From a bacterium (GTDB taxonomy: Bacteria; Vulcanimicrobiota; Xenobia; Xenobiales; Xenobiaceae): a stretch of 64,000 nt of DNA. The stretch is taken from assembly GCA_017458675.1 (NCBI GenBank), contig JAFTAM010000096.1, forward strand, positions 10,210 to 74,209, in the 5' to 3' direction. A model generated the notes under the pieces. It was given only the letters and a program-made list of their open reading frames with translations, was not told the DNA's origin and ran no database searches. The stretch's first letter is position 1, and the number at the start of each line of letters is the position of its first letter. Shown in pieces: positions 1 to 10,128 of this stretch. Made by a program: the position numbers and the translations under genes.

Positions 1-521
1 GGCTCCTTAAATTTAAATTATCAAAAGACATATCTCGGCCTATACCGCTTTTTCCCCTTCGAGCGGAAAATTGTATATCTTGCCTGTGCCGGCGGCTTTT
101 GTATTATTTAATAATATCCTGCGCTCAGCTGACGAAATATATTTAGCTCAAAAGAGCGCGCTGTCGGCAAGTTAACCAAAAGCAGCTTTAAACATGCATG
201 CTATGCACAGGTTTTGTTCTGTACAAGAGCGAACGTCCGAGTCATATGCAGCTGCGGAGTTAAATGCAGTACAAAACCGACATTGCGAAAACAAGCAGAA
301 CACGTTTGATAGATTCATCGCTGCGCGCTCAAAGACAGGGCAAACGTTTACAGGCATAATGCAGATATGCCGCAGCGCCATTTTCAGCGCAATACTGTCT
401 TAACTTAATGACTTTGCAAGGCGCTGCGGCGAAAACACCGCACAAAAGCGTATTCCGCCGGCCGGGAGAACGTCGGGCCGTTTGATATCGGCGATCTTTG
501 CGGAAAAGCGCTGAAGCTGAA

Positions 522-1514
522 TTATCTGAATTTAATTTTCCCTATTTTTACCAAACCTCGCAGACTGTTGCGGATTTGCTGCTGGGCCTGCTTTATTTCA
601 TCCCAGGCTACATGTCCTAAGCCTTCGACGTCGTCTCTCAGGGCTCTGGCCACGTCCGGCGAAAGGAAGCGATAGACCCGCTCCGCCAGGCCTCGGTCCG
701 CCCCCTTCAAGGCCAGGACCAGATCTCTGAAGTCGGTTATGCGCAGAAGCTGCTGCATTGAGTTATCGTCAATATTGTTGATATCTTCGAAATCGCAGAG
801 TTTAGTTTTAAAATCGTCGACTATCTGGGAGTTTCTCTCGTTTAATCCTACTAAAATTCTTTCTTCCGTGCTGCGGTCGGCCTGGTTGAGTATCTCCAGC
901 AGAGCCTCCTTGCCGTCGCTGTGAGCGTAGGGACCGTCCTCTAAGGCCTGATGGAGACGCGATTCCAGAACTTTTTCAAGCTCCTCCAAAACCTCCGGAT
1001 TAACAGGGCCCAGCTCGGCCAGGCGTTTGGCTACTTCCGGCTGTACCTGCGGAGTCAGATCGCTTAACACCGCCGAGGCTTGATTGGGATGCAGGAAGGA
1101 AAGAATGACCGCCAGAGTCTGAGGATGTTCCTTGCGCATGAGCTGCAGGAGCTGGCGGGGATCGACCCTGCGCAGAAAATCCAAGGGACGGTTTCCTGTT
1201 GTGGGAGCAATGGCGGTTTGATCGAAGCCGCCGCCGAACTGAGGAGGACCGAATCCGGCCGGAGCCAGGCCGCCTCCCGGCTTGAAGCCGAAGCCGGCAA
1301 AGGGATTGCCTGCGCTGCCCCCGTCCTGGTCTAAAAATTCCTGGATTACCTGGGCTCTGGTTTCCGGAGATATCTGCGGCAGCTTTGATATTTCGGCGGT
1401 AATAGACTGAACCTCTTCGGGAGGCAGCTCTTTAAATATTTCGGCAGAGGCTTCCGGAGGAAGAGACATCAATAAAATAGCCGTCTTTTGTTTGGGCGGT
1501 AAATTTACGGACAT
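522..1514 (-). CDS. fliG: Flagellar motor switch protein FliG
   Basis: 330 aa. Typical FliG N-terminus (KTAILLMSLPPEASAEIFKELPPEEV) and C-terminal torque helix region. GGAG RBS upstream. Last gene of the flgB-fliG operon. Confidence 0.9.
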   Translation of the reverse strand: MSVNLPPKQKTAILLMSLPPEASAEIFKELPPEEVQSITAEISKLPQISPETRAQVIQEFLDQDGGSAGNPFAGFGFKPGGGLAPAGFGPPQFGGGFDQTAIAPTTGNRPLDFLRRVDPRQLLQLMRKEHPQTLAVILSFLHPNQASAVLSDLTPQVQPEVAKRLAELGPVNPEVLEELEKVLESRLHQALEDGPYAHSDGKEALLEILNQADRSTEERILVGLNERNSQIVDDFKTKLCDFEDINNIDDNSMQQLLRITDFRDLVLALKGADRGLAERVYRFLSPDVARALRDDVEGLGHVAWDEIKQAQQQIRNSLRGLVKIGKIKFR

Positions 1515-1743
1515 GTTATCTCCTTGTAATTATCGGTTCGGCGGGTCGCAAGATAGAATATTCTTATCCACTTCGACCGGAATAATCTTTATCTTGTTTG
1601 AGGAGCGTTTTTTTGCCGTTTTTCATATTATTGCAGGCTGCCTTGAGATAGGCTGCGCCGTACGGAAAAATAAAAAGAGCGCGTATGTCCATTTTGCAAT
1701 GCACATACCGCTCTTCTGCGGATAGCTTTGCGGAGGTTTAAGG

Positions 1744-3534
1744 TCAGCGCTGCTGACTTCCGCTCAGCCAGGTGCTCTTGAGCTTTTCAGCCAGCTCGTT
1801 GGGACGTTCCTTCGCCAGTTTTTCCAATTGATCGGAGGTATTGACTCTGGTTTCACCCATGGCTTTGGACTTGCCGGATTTCTCGTTTAAGAGGTCGGCG
1901 ATATCGGAGGAAGCTGTTCCGGTAGAGGAACCGAGTATGAGCTGAGATTGATTTTCTTTGACCTGACGCTGCTTGGAAGCGTAGACGGCTACGATGGCCA
2001 TGAGCAGCACCGCCGGTACGAAGAGGACCGCAGCCAGAGTAGAAGTGCTTATGCCGGTGGAGGGGGGAGCGACGGGAACGTTTCCGCTGGCCATAGCGCC
2101 TGCCATTTCGCTGTAAACGCCGTCTAAGGAGGCGGTCGCGAAAGGCACGCTCTTAACGGTCACGGAGTCGCCGCGGCTTTCGTTGATGCCTATGGCGTCT
2201 TTGACCAGATCGGCAATGGCCGCCTGCTGCTCGGGCTTGAGGTTGTCAACGGCTACGGATACTGTTAAGCGCTGAATGCGGGGAGAAGTATCGATGTTTT
2301 TGGAAATGGTCTTGTTGACTTCGTATTTTTCGGATTCCTCTGATTTTACGTAGGTACCTTTTTTGTCGTTTTTGTTGTCAACCTGAACAAAACCGTCGTC
2401 TTCGGCCGCGTCTTCGGAAGTGAGCTGAATGAAGCCGTCGGCCTGCGCTTCAAACTCTGAGGACATCTGTACGGAACCGTCGTCGCCGGAACCGGAGGAG
2501 GACGAGGAGCCTCCGCCCTTGTCATATCTCTCTATGCGTTTCTGGCCGCCGACCTTGACGCGTCCGCTGTCGTCGGGACCGCCTACGACCTCGCGCTGAA
2601 CTTCGTTCTGGGAGAAGTCAACCTCAGCCGTGACCTGAGCGGCGAATTTCTGAGCGCCCAGCACCTTAGCCAGCTGCTGCTCAACCTTGTCTTTTAAATG
2701 TTTTTCCAGGGCCAGCTTGTATTCGAGCTGGTTGTTGGGGGCCATGCCCATGCTGCCGGCGCCGTCCAGGGCTAAATTGGCGGTTAAATCTTTGCCGTTG
2801 GTATCTACGATCTTGACGTTTTCTGCTTTGAGGTTTGGAACAGAGTAAGCCACTAAGTTGACGATACCGGTAATCTGATCGCGGGTGATCTGCTTGCCGG
2901 GCTGCAGTTTCAGCATGACTGCGGCTTTGGCGCTTTCCTGACCGTTGTCAAAGAGCGTCTTTTCGGGGAGTCCTAACTTTACATAAGCGTCGGCTACGCC
3001 GTCCATCTGGCGCATGGATTCGGTGAGTTCGCCTTCCAGAACCTGTTTGCGAATATCGTCCTTTTCTTTCTCGGACATGGTATTGATGCCGCTGGAATCG
3101 GGTTTGGTGGCGGCGGTCATGACCGAATGGCGGGGCAGACCGTTGGAGGCCAGACGAGCCTGGGCGCTGACTTTGTCTTTAGGAGCGACTAAGAGATTGT
3201 CATTGGTCTGAGCTACGCTGTGAGGGATATTCCATTCCTGCAGCTTCATGGAGATGTCTTTGACGTCGTCTTCGCTGAGTTTCGTCGCGTACAGCTCTAC
3301 GGGCTTGTTGGCGGAGCTGTAAAGGTTTAGAGCTACAAAACCGACTACGGCAAGGATCACTACAACTATAAGCGCGATCCTCACTTTGGGATTCATACCT
3401 GACCATATCGCACCAATTTTGCCCATTGGGCTGCTGTTTGCAGCTGCGCCTCCCGGGGGTTTGCCCAGGGGACCTCTTCCTGTGGCGAGCGGACCGCTGC
3501 CGGTCCGCATGCCCGTTTGGATACCGGTGGCCAT
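1744..3534 (-). CDS. fliF: Flagellar M-ring protein FliF (start may be internal, near 3426)
   Basis: 596 aa. N-terminal TM helix (IALIVVVILAVVGFVALNLY), a large periplasmic domain and a C-terminal TM (LAAVLFVPAVLLMAIVAVY), which is the FliF architecture. Lies between fliE and fliG. Confidence 0.88.
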   Translation of the reverse strand: MATGIQTGMRTGSGPLATGRGPLGKPPGGAAANSSPMGKIGAIWSGMNPKVRIALIVVVILAVVGFVALNLYSSANKPVELYATKLSEDDVKDISMKLQEWNIPHSVAQTNDNLLVAPKDKVSAQARLASNGLPRHSVMTAATKPDSSGINTMSEKEKDDIRKQVLEGELTESMRQMDGVADAYVKLGLPEKTLFDNGQESAKAAVMLKLQPGKQITRDQITGIVNLVAYSVPNLKAENVKIVDTNGKDLTANLALDGAGSMGMAPNNQLEYKLALEKHLKDKVEQQLAKVLGAQKFAAQVTAEVDFSQNEVQREVVGGPDDSGRVKVGGQKRIERYDKGGGSSSSSGSGDDGSVQMSSEFEAQADGFIQLTSEDAAEDDGFVQVDNKNDKKGTYVKSEESEKYEVNKTISKNIDTSPRIQRLTVSVAVDNLKPEQQAAIADLVKDAIGINESRGDSVTVKSVPFATASLDGVYSEMAGAMASGNVPVAPPSTGISTSTLAAVLFVPAVLLMAIVAVYASKQRQVKENQSQLILGSSTGTASSDIADLLNEKSGKSKAMGETRVNTSDQLEKLAKERPNELAEKLKSTWLSGSQQR

Positions 3535-3851
3535 AGTTTTGTTCTCCTTCCGATGGAAATTTAAACTGGAATTATGACATTTCTTCCGTCCGGGGATTTG
3601 CTGTTACAGATCGCAGACGGAAAGACTGCTGTATTAGCTGTTAAAATGAGAATTCCCATTTATACAGGTTTATTTCCTGCTAAAATTATAGCATATGCAT
3701 AAATTATTCTGACTCTGTTAAACTAAAAAATATTGATAAAAAAATAAAATATCCCTTCTGTGCATCGGCATAAAAGGGATATTTTGTTTACTGCGTTTAT
3801 TTGCAGATTGCTATATTATATAGCGGAACTATACAGCGCAGCGCCTGAGAA

Positions 3852-4214
3852 TTATAACTGCATCTGGAACAGCGTGGTAGCTGAAGAGCAGAGCTTGGAA
3901 GCGATCTGCGTGGTGAGGTGCAGCATAACTTCGGACTTGGCTCCGGCAACGCTCATATCGTGAAGGTTGTTGAGGCTTCCGTCGAGCAGCTTGTCAGTGC
4001 AGGCCTTGGCGTTGTCCATGGTGGTGCTGACGTTGGAAAGAGCGTCACCGAGCATGCTGGAGAAGGACTTGGCATCCGCTTCGGTGGGGGCGTTGATGGA
4101 ACCGATAGAACCAATGCTTGAAGTTCCGGAAATCGAACTGACGTTCATGGGAGCGTTCATCTGAGAAGCCTGGTTTAAATTGCCGATTCCCTGAATAGAA
4201 AATGTACTCTGCAT
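3852..4214 (-). CDS. fliE: Flagellar hook-basal body complex protein FliE
   Basis: 120 aa Ser-rich protein with a conserved C-terminal FliE-like segment, positioned between flgC and fliF. Confidence 0.75.
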   Translation of the reverse strand: MQSTFSIQGIGNLNQASQMNAPMNVSSISGTSSIGSIGSINAPTEADAKSFSSMLGDALSNVSTTMDNAKACTDKLLDGSLNNLHDMSVAGAKSEVMLHLTTQIASKLCSSATTLFQMQL

Positions 4215-4266
4215 AAGCGACCTCCTGAGGCCGTATTAAAGACCTCTGAAAATTAGCGGCGTAAAA

Positions 4267-4722
4267 CTATTTGCCGATCTCGAGAGCTTTGGAAGCCATG
4301 GACTTGGAAGCTTCCAAAATGGTGGCGTTGGCTTCGAAGGCGCGGCTGGCCATCATCATGTTGGTCATTTCAGAAATGACGTTGACATTGGGCATAGCCA
4401 CATAACCCTTGTGCTCGCCCTCTTTCTGGGCTTTGGGGTTGCTGGGGTCGTATACCCAGCGGAAGTCGGAATTGTCAGCCTGTACGCTGGAAACCTCGAC
4501 GCCCTGAGTCTGGGGAGCATCATCGAAAGAGCAGGCCTGGAACTCTTCGTTCCAATCGCCGACCTGTTTCTGGGTTACTACGGCAACCATGCGGCGGAAA
4601 GGAGTGCCGTCAGCAGTTTCGGTGGTATTAACGTTGGCGATGTTAGCAGCGGTAACATCCATCATTTTGCGCTGAGCGGTCATACCGCTGGCAGCGACGT
4701 CAAAACTGTTAAAGAAATTCAT
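4267..4722 (-). CDS. flgC: Flagellar basal-body rod protein FlgC
   Basis: 151 aa. N-terminal rod motif (SGMTAQRKMMDVTAANIANVNT) and a conserved C-terminus (ISEMTNMMMASRAFEANATIL). Confidence 0.9.
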   Translation of the reverse strand: MNFFNSFDVAASGMTAQRKMMDVTAANIANVNTTETADGTPFRRMVAVVTQKQVGDWNEEFQACSFDDAPQTQGVEVSSVQADNSDFRWVYDPSNPKAQKEGEHKGYVAMPNVNVISEMTNMMMASRAFEANATILEASKSMASKALEIGK

Positions 4723-4757
4723 TATTTATTTCCTCCTGCCTTATTTATGGCGCTGAC

Positions 4758-5171
4758 TTAGCGGCCGGCGTTGTCTATGACATACTTCAGGGTGCCGTAC
4801 ACGCCCGAGATTTTGCTCGCTAAAGCGTTGTACATGATCTGGTTCTTGGCAAGGTTGCTCATCTCATTGTTGAGGTCCACGGGGCCGTCCTGAGACTCTA
4901 CGGTAGCATGCAAAGACTCGGCAGTATAGCCGCCGCTGGCGTTAAGGCGGAATTCAGGGTCTACAGCGGTGCTGGCGACATTGAAACCGTCGTCATCGCC
5001 GTTTTCCAAAGCCATAACCTCTTTGAGGTGGCTTTCGAAAACTACTCTTTGAGCGTCGTATCCCTCAGTATTGACATTGGCTATATTGCTGGAGATGACC
5101 TGCTGGCGCAAAGAGGCGGCATCCAGAGCTTTTTCAAGTAAAGTGGTGTCAACTAACTTCACTGGATTCAT
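4758..5171 (-). CDS. flgB: Flagellar basal-body rod protein FlgB
   Basis: 137 aa. SSNIANVNTEGY motif and a C-terminal LSNLAKNQIMYNALA, typical of FlgB. First gene of the operon. Confidence 0.88.
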   Translation of the reverse strand: MNPVKLVDTTLLEKALDAASLRQQVISSNIANVNTEGYDAQRVVFESHLKEVMALENGDDDGFNVASTAVDPEFRLNASGGYTAESLHATVESQDGPVDLNNEMSNLAKNQIMYNALASKISGVYGTLKYVIDNAGR

Positions 5172-5657
5172 CAGTTTATTCTCCCTCCTGGTCCGGTAAT
5201 CCGCCTTAGCGGAAGGTCGGAAATCCTTATCTTTTTCTCGCTAACATATTATTATGGAGCTATTGAATATTATTTGTGATATTGTTAACAAATTGTAAGC
5301 AAGCGTTCCCATAATCTTAGATTGTGAATCGATCGTCTGATTCTCGACGATTGGGAAATTATGCACATTTATCGGGAATCCGACAGCGCAGAAGAGCATC
5401 GGCGGCATGAGCGCATTCGGTTCCGCCGCAGACTGAATTCCTTCTCTGAAGTTTAAGCGCATTCGGAAACCGGTCCTCAGACGCAGAGCTTAAAGACTAT
5501 ATAATTATATACGGATTTCCGCTGCTGAGGCAAGAGTCTGCGCGCCTGTTTTGAAAGAGCCGGCTTCATTTTGCATGAATGAGCGCAGCTCCGATACCGC
5601 AGAGCAGTTCTGTTTAGGCCGCGCCTTTCCGATAAGCGGGCGCGGCTCTGATTCTGC

Positions 5658-5685
5658 TTGACAGCCGTCAGTTTAATAATATTAA
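5658..5685 (+). promoter_or_regulatory. Candidate sigma70-type promoter: TTGACA, 16-nt spacer, TATTAA
   Basis: TTGACA at 5658-5663 and TATTAA at 5680-5685, about 135 nt upstream of the 5823 CDS. Preceded by a GC hairpin (GGCCGCGCC..GGCGCGGC) at about 5620-5650. Confidence 0.35.
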
Positions 5686-5822
5686 AAGATTACGGCCGCT
5701 TACTTTCAGCCGAGACGCAGTCCGCAATTTTTTTTGCTTTAGGCAGAGCCGTTTTCTGCAGGCTTTATGTTTGAGATCTGTAAAATGCTGTTCTGTTAAT
5801 AATGGCGTAAGGATAAAAGATT

Positions 5823-7670
5823 TTGAAAGCTATTGATAGGGCGGAGCCTTCGTTTCTGCCGAATTTTAAAGAATTTTTGGGAGCTTCGGCCTTTTTTCTG
5901 CCGCTGATTTTTCTGGTTGTTTTTCCTTCCTTTGTCAGCGCCGGAGTACAGTCCGGAGGCGAAGAAACGGTGTTTTCCTCCTACTTTCTGGGCAGCGATC
6001 GATCTGACCTTTGGAAGCATACCTGGGATGCCTGGTGGGTAAATTCCGAGCTGCAGCAGGGCAGGTTTCCGCTGCGCTCTTCGCTGCAGAATTTTCCCGA
6101 GGGCGGCAAGCTGTATGTCATCGATCCCTTTAATTCGCTGGTATCCGGACTCATGTCCAGGCTGATCGGTCTGACGGCGGCTTTTAATCTGACTCACCTG
6201 CTGCAGCTTTATCTGTCCTGCATGGGGGCCTGGCTGCTGGGCTGCTGCATTTGCCGAGATAAGGCGGCGGCGCTGGTGACCGGCGTTATTTACGGAATTT
6301 CGCCGTTTATTCTGACCAGCGGCGTTTGCAGCGGCATCTGCGAAACTACCAATCTGGAGTGGCTGCCGCTGAGCCTTTTGGGGCTTATCGTCTGTTTCCG
6401 CACCGAACGTCCCGCCGCAGCGGTAATTTTTACCTCGCTGAGTCTTTGCCTGGGAGCGCTGGGCTGCTGGTATTATTCCATGACCTGCATTATCTGCGTG
6501 GTTATTCTCTGCCTTTGGGCGGCTTTTGTCAAAAGGCTTCCCATACTGGGCTGCGAGGAGAAGCAGAAGCTTAATTGGTTCTGTCCGCTGATCGCCTGTT
6601 TGCTATCTTTAATAATGATCTCTCCCTGCGCTCTGGCATTTGCCGACAGCTTAAAAGGAGAGGGGTCGCTTTTGGCTCAGATTGACATTACCGAAAGGCA
6701 GCAGGCCGGTAATTTGGAGTTTTTCCATAAGGAAGGCCATTTTAAAAACAACGCGCCTTTGCTGGGCTATTTTGTACCGGGAAAGGATAATCTCTCAATC
6801 GCCGACGACGTCGACCTGCGCATGAAGACCGTCTATATAGGCGCCGCCGCGCTGCTGCTGGCCGTTCTGGGCTTTTGCGGAGGAGGCATGGCCTGTCGGT
6901 TCTGGGCTCTTCTGGGAGGCGTGCTGCTTTTGATGTCAACGGGGCCTTATTTCACCTACTGGGGAGAGGATAGCCTTTCAGTTCCCGTAAATCCGATATA
7001 TTGGGCGGCTTATAATTTTGTGCCAGGCTTTAAGATGGCGGTAATTACCGACAGGCTTTCCATCGCCGTGCAGCTGAGCGCTGCGGTGCTGGCTGGAATA
7101 GGCGTTCATTTGCTGAGAGCCGGACTGAAGAAATACTTTATATATGCTGTCTGTCTGCTGGCCCTGACGGTTGTGGCCGAAGTCGTCTTTGTTTCGCCCG
7201 TTCCCTTCCCGCTGCCTGCGGCGGCTTCGGCTATGCCGCGTCAAGCTGAGGCTCTGGCGAAAGAGGAGGGGATGGGCGGCGTTATTCAGCTACCCTTAAA
7301 CAGAATCGGCGGGCAGATGCAGCCGGGCGAATATTACTATTGGCAGACTTTCCACCGGAAGCCGATGCCTATTTCTTTGACGACCCGCTTCCCGAGAAAG
7401 CTCTTTAAAAATATGCTTATGGATACTCTCTATTTATGCGAGGATTCCAGTTACGGCGAGCCTCTGCTTTCCGAATATCTGTTTGAAGGGGCGGAACAGC
7501 TCCGCAAGTCGGGCTTTGAATGGATCTGTGTAAACGGCAATCTAATGAACGGCGTCACTCTGCGCAAGGTAAGATCGGTCCTGGATCAGATATTTCCGAA
7601 TAAGCAAGTTTTTCCTGACGGAGCCGTTCTCTATAAAATTGAAGTTAAAAAAGAGAAGGGAGCCGAATAG
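5823..7670 (+). CDS. Polytopic membrane protein (at least 12 predicted TM helices plus a C-terminal soluble domain), GT-C-like putative glycosyltransferase, function unknown
   Basis: 615 aa with many hydrophobic helices. The first periplasmic loop carries an acidic/aromatic motif (SDRSDLWKHTWDAWW). Paralogue of the 8415-10061 product. Confidence 0.6.
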   Translation: MKAIDRAEPSFLPNFKEFLGASAFFLPLIFLVVFPSFVSAGVQSGGEETVFSSYFLGSDRSDLWKHTWDAWWVNSELQQGRFPLRSSLQNFPEGGKLYVIDPFNSLVSGLMSRLIGLTAAFNLTHLLQLYLSCMGAWLLGCCICRDKAAALVTGVIYGISPFILTSGVCSGICETTNLEWLPLSLLGLIVCFRTERPAAAVIFTSLSLCLGALGCWYYSMTCIICVVILCLWAAFVKRLPILGCEEKQKLNWFCPLIACLLSLIMISPCALAFADSLKGEGSLLAQIDITERQQAGNLEFFHKEGHFKNNAPLLGYFVPGKDNLSIADDVDLRMKTVYIGAAALLLAVLGFCGGGMACRFWALLGGVLLLMSTGPYFTYWGEDSLSVPVNPIYWAAYNFVPGFKMAVITDRLSIAVQLSAAVLAGIGVHLLRAGLKKYFIYAVCLLALTVVAEVVFVSPVPFPLPAAASAMPRQAEALAKEEGMGGVIQLPLNRIGGQMQPGEYYYWQTFHRKPMPISLTTRFPRKLFKNMLMDTLYLCEDSSYGEPLLSEYLFEGAEQLRKSGFEWICVNGNLMNGVTLRKVRSVLDQIFPNKQVFPDGAVLYKIEVKKEKGAE

Positions 7671-7686
7671 CCGTTAGGATCTGATT

Positions 7687-8166
7687 TTATTCCGGAGATT
7701 CTTCATAGCTCTCGTTTTCAGCATTCTCGGTTTGGTACTGCGAAAGCGCGTCTAAAAAATCGCCTACGATTTCCTGGTATTTCTCGTTGCCGGCTATAGT
7801 GTTGACGATTTTATTCTGCATCTGCAGATATTCCGGCCGGGAGGTCGTTTTTTCACCAAAGACCTGCTTGAGAGCGGAATTGACCAGGGTAGAAAGCGAG
7901 TCGTAAAAGTAGCTGGGGGAGTTGGGATTTAATTTAGACAGCTCTTCTGAAGCATTGGCCAGGAAAAGCTGCTGAGGGCTTAAAGCCTGCTCTCCCTGAG
8001 CCTGAGCCGATTCCTGAGCTTCAGCAGCCTCCTGGGAGAGAAAGACGTCGTCGGCGCCTTCTGCGGCGGTTACCGCCGAAGTCTTTGAAGGGTGGGAAGT
8101 CTTTTTGGCCATGCCCAATATGCCGCTGCAGAGCGAAGCCAGGTTTGCAGTCTGTAAAGGATCCAA
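7687..8166 (-). CDS. Hypothetical acidic protein
   Basis: 159 aa ORF on the opposite strand between the two membrane-protein genes. No recognisable domain. Confidence 0.45.
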   Translation of the reverse strand: MDPLQTANLASLCSGILGMAKKTSHPSKTSAVTAAEGADDVFLSQEAAEAQESAQAQGEQALSPQQLFLANASEELSKLNPNSPSYFYDSLSTLVNSALKQVFGEKTTSRPEYLQMQNKIVNTIAGNEKYQEIVGDFLDALSQYQTENAENESYEESPE

Positions 8167-8414
8167 AAAATAAAACCTCGTGAAAAAATGTAAATCGGTA
8201 TTTTTATTGGCTCCGTCGGCGTTATAAATATATTTTATGCCGCTTCAGGGAGTCAGAAGCATATTCGACGCTGTCTATAGGGTTGTTATCAATATAAATT
8301 TGAGGAAAGTAAATAAGCAAAGAAAATCTTTCCCGTCAATTTAACGTAAAAAACTGTTATAATTGAGCTGGCTGCGGCGCCGCGGAGCGGCGGAGCTCTG
8401 CCGAACTTAGAAAC

Positions 8415-10061
8415 ATGAGCAAACTGAGATACTGGATAAATTCTGCGGAAATTAACGCGGAAAAGAGCTTTGAACCTGGGATAACCCACCGAAAGCGCAT
8501 GAGCTTCGGAGGATGGTCTGCGGCCTTATGCTTTTTTCTGATATGCATAATCTGCTTCTTCCTGCTGCAGAACAGTTTTAATCCCTTTAATAATTTCCCC
8601 GGCGGTTATGAAGCGGAAGCGGTCTACTGGCAGCAGCATAAAATTGTTCAAGACTGGCAGAATTTTGATTTCAAGGCTCTGCTATCTGCGGTCTTAAGAC
8701 AGGATATTCCTGATTTCAACGGGATTGGCTTTATGCAGATAATTTGCGCCCTGCCTGTTCTTTTGCTGGGCTATTCCTGGGGCAACCGCCTTTTGTTCGC
8801 GGCGGTGCTGCTTTTAAACGGCATAAGCGCTTTTAAGCTTTCGAGCTGCTTCTGCAGGAATAAGACTGCCGTCGGCTTCGGCGGTCTGCTTTTATTCTTA
8901 AATCCGGCTGCCTTGAGAGCCCTTTCGGCTCTGGACTACGGCGCCGCCTTTATGGCGCCTTTATTTTTTACGCTGGCGTTCTGGATCGCTTTTTTATACG
9001 GCAAGAAAAATAAGTATTTTTACGCTTTCCTCGTTTCCTGGCTGCTGTGCTGCTTCTGCTGCGCGCAATACGCGTTGTCCGCGGCGCTTTACGCGGGATT
9101 GCTGCTTTATTTATATCATAAAAACGAACCTGACGGTCTGCCTGCGGGATTTCCCAGGCAGATTTGGCCGGCTGCGGCGGGAACGGTTTTTATCGCCGTC
9201 GGCCTTTGCTCTCCTTTAGGCGGAGAGTTGGCTGATTTTGAATTGGCATATATATATGCGTTTTTATTTTTTGCGTCGCTTTTCATAGCGCTCCATTTCG
9301 GCAAGGCTGAGATTTCCTTATTTTCTCAGCGCATTATCGCCTTCGCCGTCCTTCTGCTTCCCTTGACGCTTATAAACAGCGGATCGGCGGCTGCAGCGGC
9401 TTTGGGATTTATTCTGCCGGCTCTGGCCCTGTCCTGGACGGATGTTTTTTCGCATCAGCTGGACCGGAAGCATTACGGCTCGGCCTTTTTATGTTCCTGC
9501 GCTCTCGGAGCGGCCATATATTTCCTGTCATATTTCAACGCCGCGCCGCTGTATGCTTTTAACTCAGAAATTGCGCCCTTTTACAGTCTGCTGAAAGAGG
9601 CCGGGCAGGATAGGAATGTTGCGGCGGCGGAACTGCCTTTCTGTTCTCTGCCGATATACCGCTTCGCCCAGTTTCAGCACGGCTGCCGTCTGCAGGATTT
9701 CAGCGGCAGGGAGGGTTTCAGCCATTTTGCTTATGTGCTCGGTCATCTGGATAGGGAGAATCTGCAGAATGACAGGATTTATCTGGAGCTGGCTGAGGAT
9801 CCGGAGCTGATAAAGCGCGAGCTTAAGGCTATGAAAGCCGGGGGCTTTACCTATATTATTCTTCATGAGCGCGCCTTTAATATTATAAATCCGAAAAAAG
9901 GATCTCTTTTGTATGATAAGGGCTTCGCTGCTCTTTACAGGCTTCTGGGAAAAGCGGCGGCTGAAGACTATGAGCCTGTTTCCCGATGGCGCTGGGGACG
10001 CGGCGGTAAGGATACTCAGGCTCTGAGATGGTACAGAATGTCGGTATTTTACATAAAATAG
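8415..10061 (+). CDS. Polytopic membrane protein, paralogue of 5823-7670 (GT-C-like putative glycosyltransferase)
   Basis: 548 aa with the same architecture and a similar first-loop motif (AVYWQQHKIVQDWQ versus DLWKHTWDAWW). Confidence 0.6.
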   Translation: MSKLRYWINSAEINAEKSFEPGITHRKRMSFGGWSAALCFFLICIICFFLLQNSFNPFNNFPGGYEAEAVYWQQHKIVQDWQNFDFKALLSAVLRQDIPDFNGIGFMQIICALPVLLLGYSWGNRLLFAAVLLLNGISAFKLSSCFCRNKTAVGFGGLLLFLNPAALRALSALDYGAAFMAPLFFTLAFWIAFLYGKKNKYFYAFLVSWLLCCFCCAQYALSAALYAGLLLYLYHKNEPDGLPAGFPRQIWPAAAGTVFIAVGLCSPLGGELADFELAYIYAFLFFASLFIALHFGKAEISLFSQRIIAFAVLLLPLTLINSGSAAAAALGFILPALALSWTDVFSHQLDRKHYGSAFLCSCALGAAIYFLSYFNAAPLYAFNSEIAPFYSLLKEAGQDRNVAAAELPFCSLPIYRFAQFQHGCRLQDFSGREGFSHFAYVLGHLDRENLQNDRIYLELAEDPELIKRELKAMKAGGFTYIILHERAFNIINPKKGSLLYDKGFAALYRLLGKAAAEDYEPVSRWRWGRGGKDTQALRWYRMSVFYIK

Positions 10062-10090
10062 CCGCTAAGTTTTAATTTAGCGGTTTAAAA
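10062..10090 (+). terminator. Rho-independent terminator-like hairpin
   Basis: CCGCTAA-GTTTTAA-TTAGCGG followed by a T-rich tract, immediately after the stop of the 8415-10061 CDS. Confidence 0.4.
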
Positions 10091-10128
10091 TAAAGGATTA
10101 TTATTTTTATTTAAATATTTGAAAGCCT

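Noticed and set aside
172-403. Two overlapping 69-aa ORFs at the window start
   Set aside because: No RBS and no recognisable domain. The region is probably the 3' UTR and terminator zone of the flagellar operon.
5172-5400. Sigma28 (TAAA-N15-GCCGATAA) flagellar promoter upstream of flgB
   Set aside because: Only a partial TTATCGGG match (minus-strand sense) was found, without a correctly spaced -35 TAAA. It is not reported as a feature.
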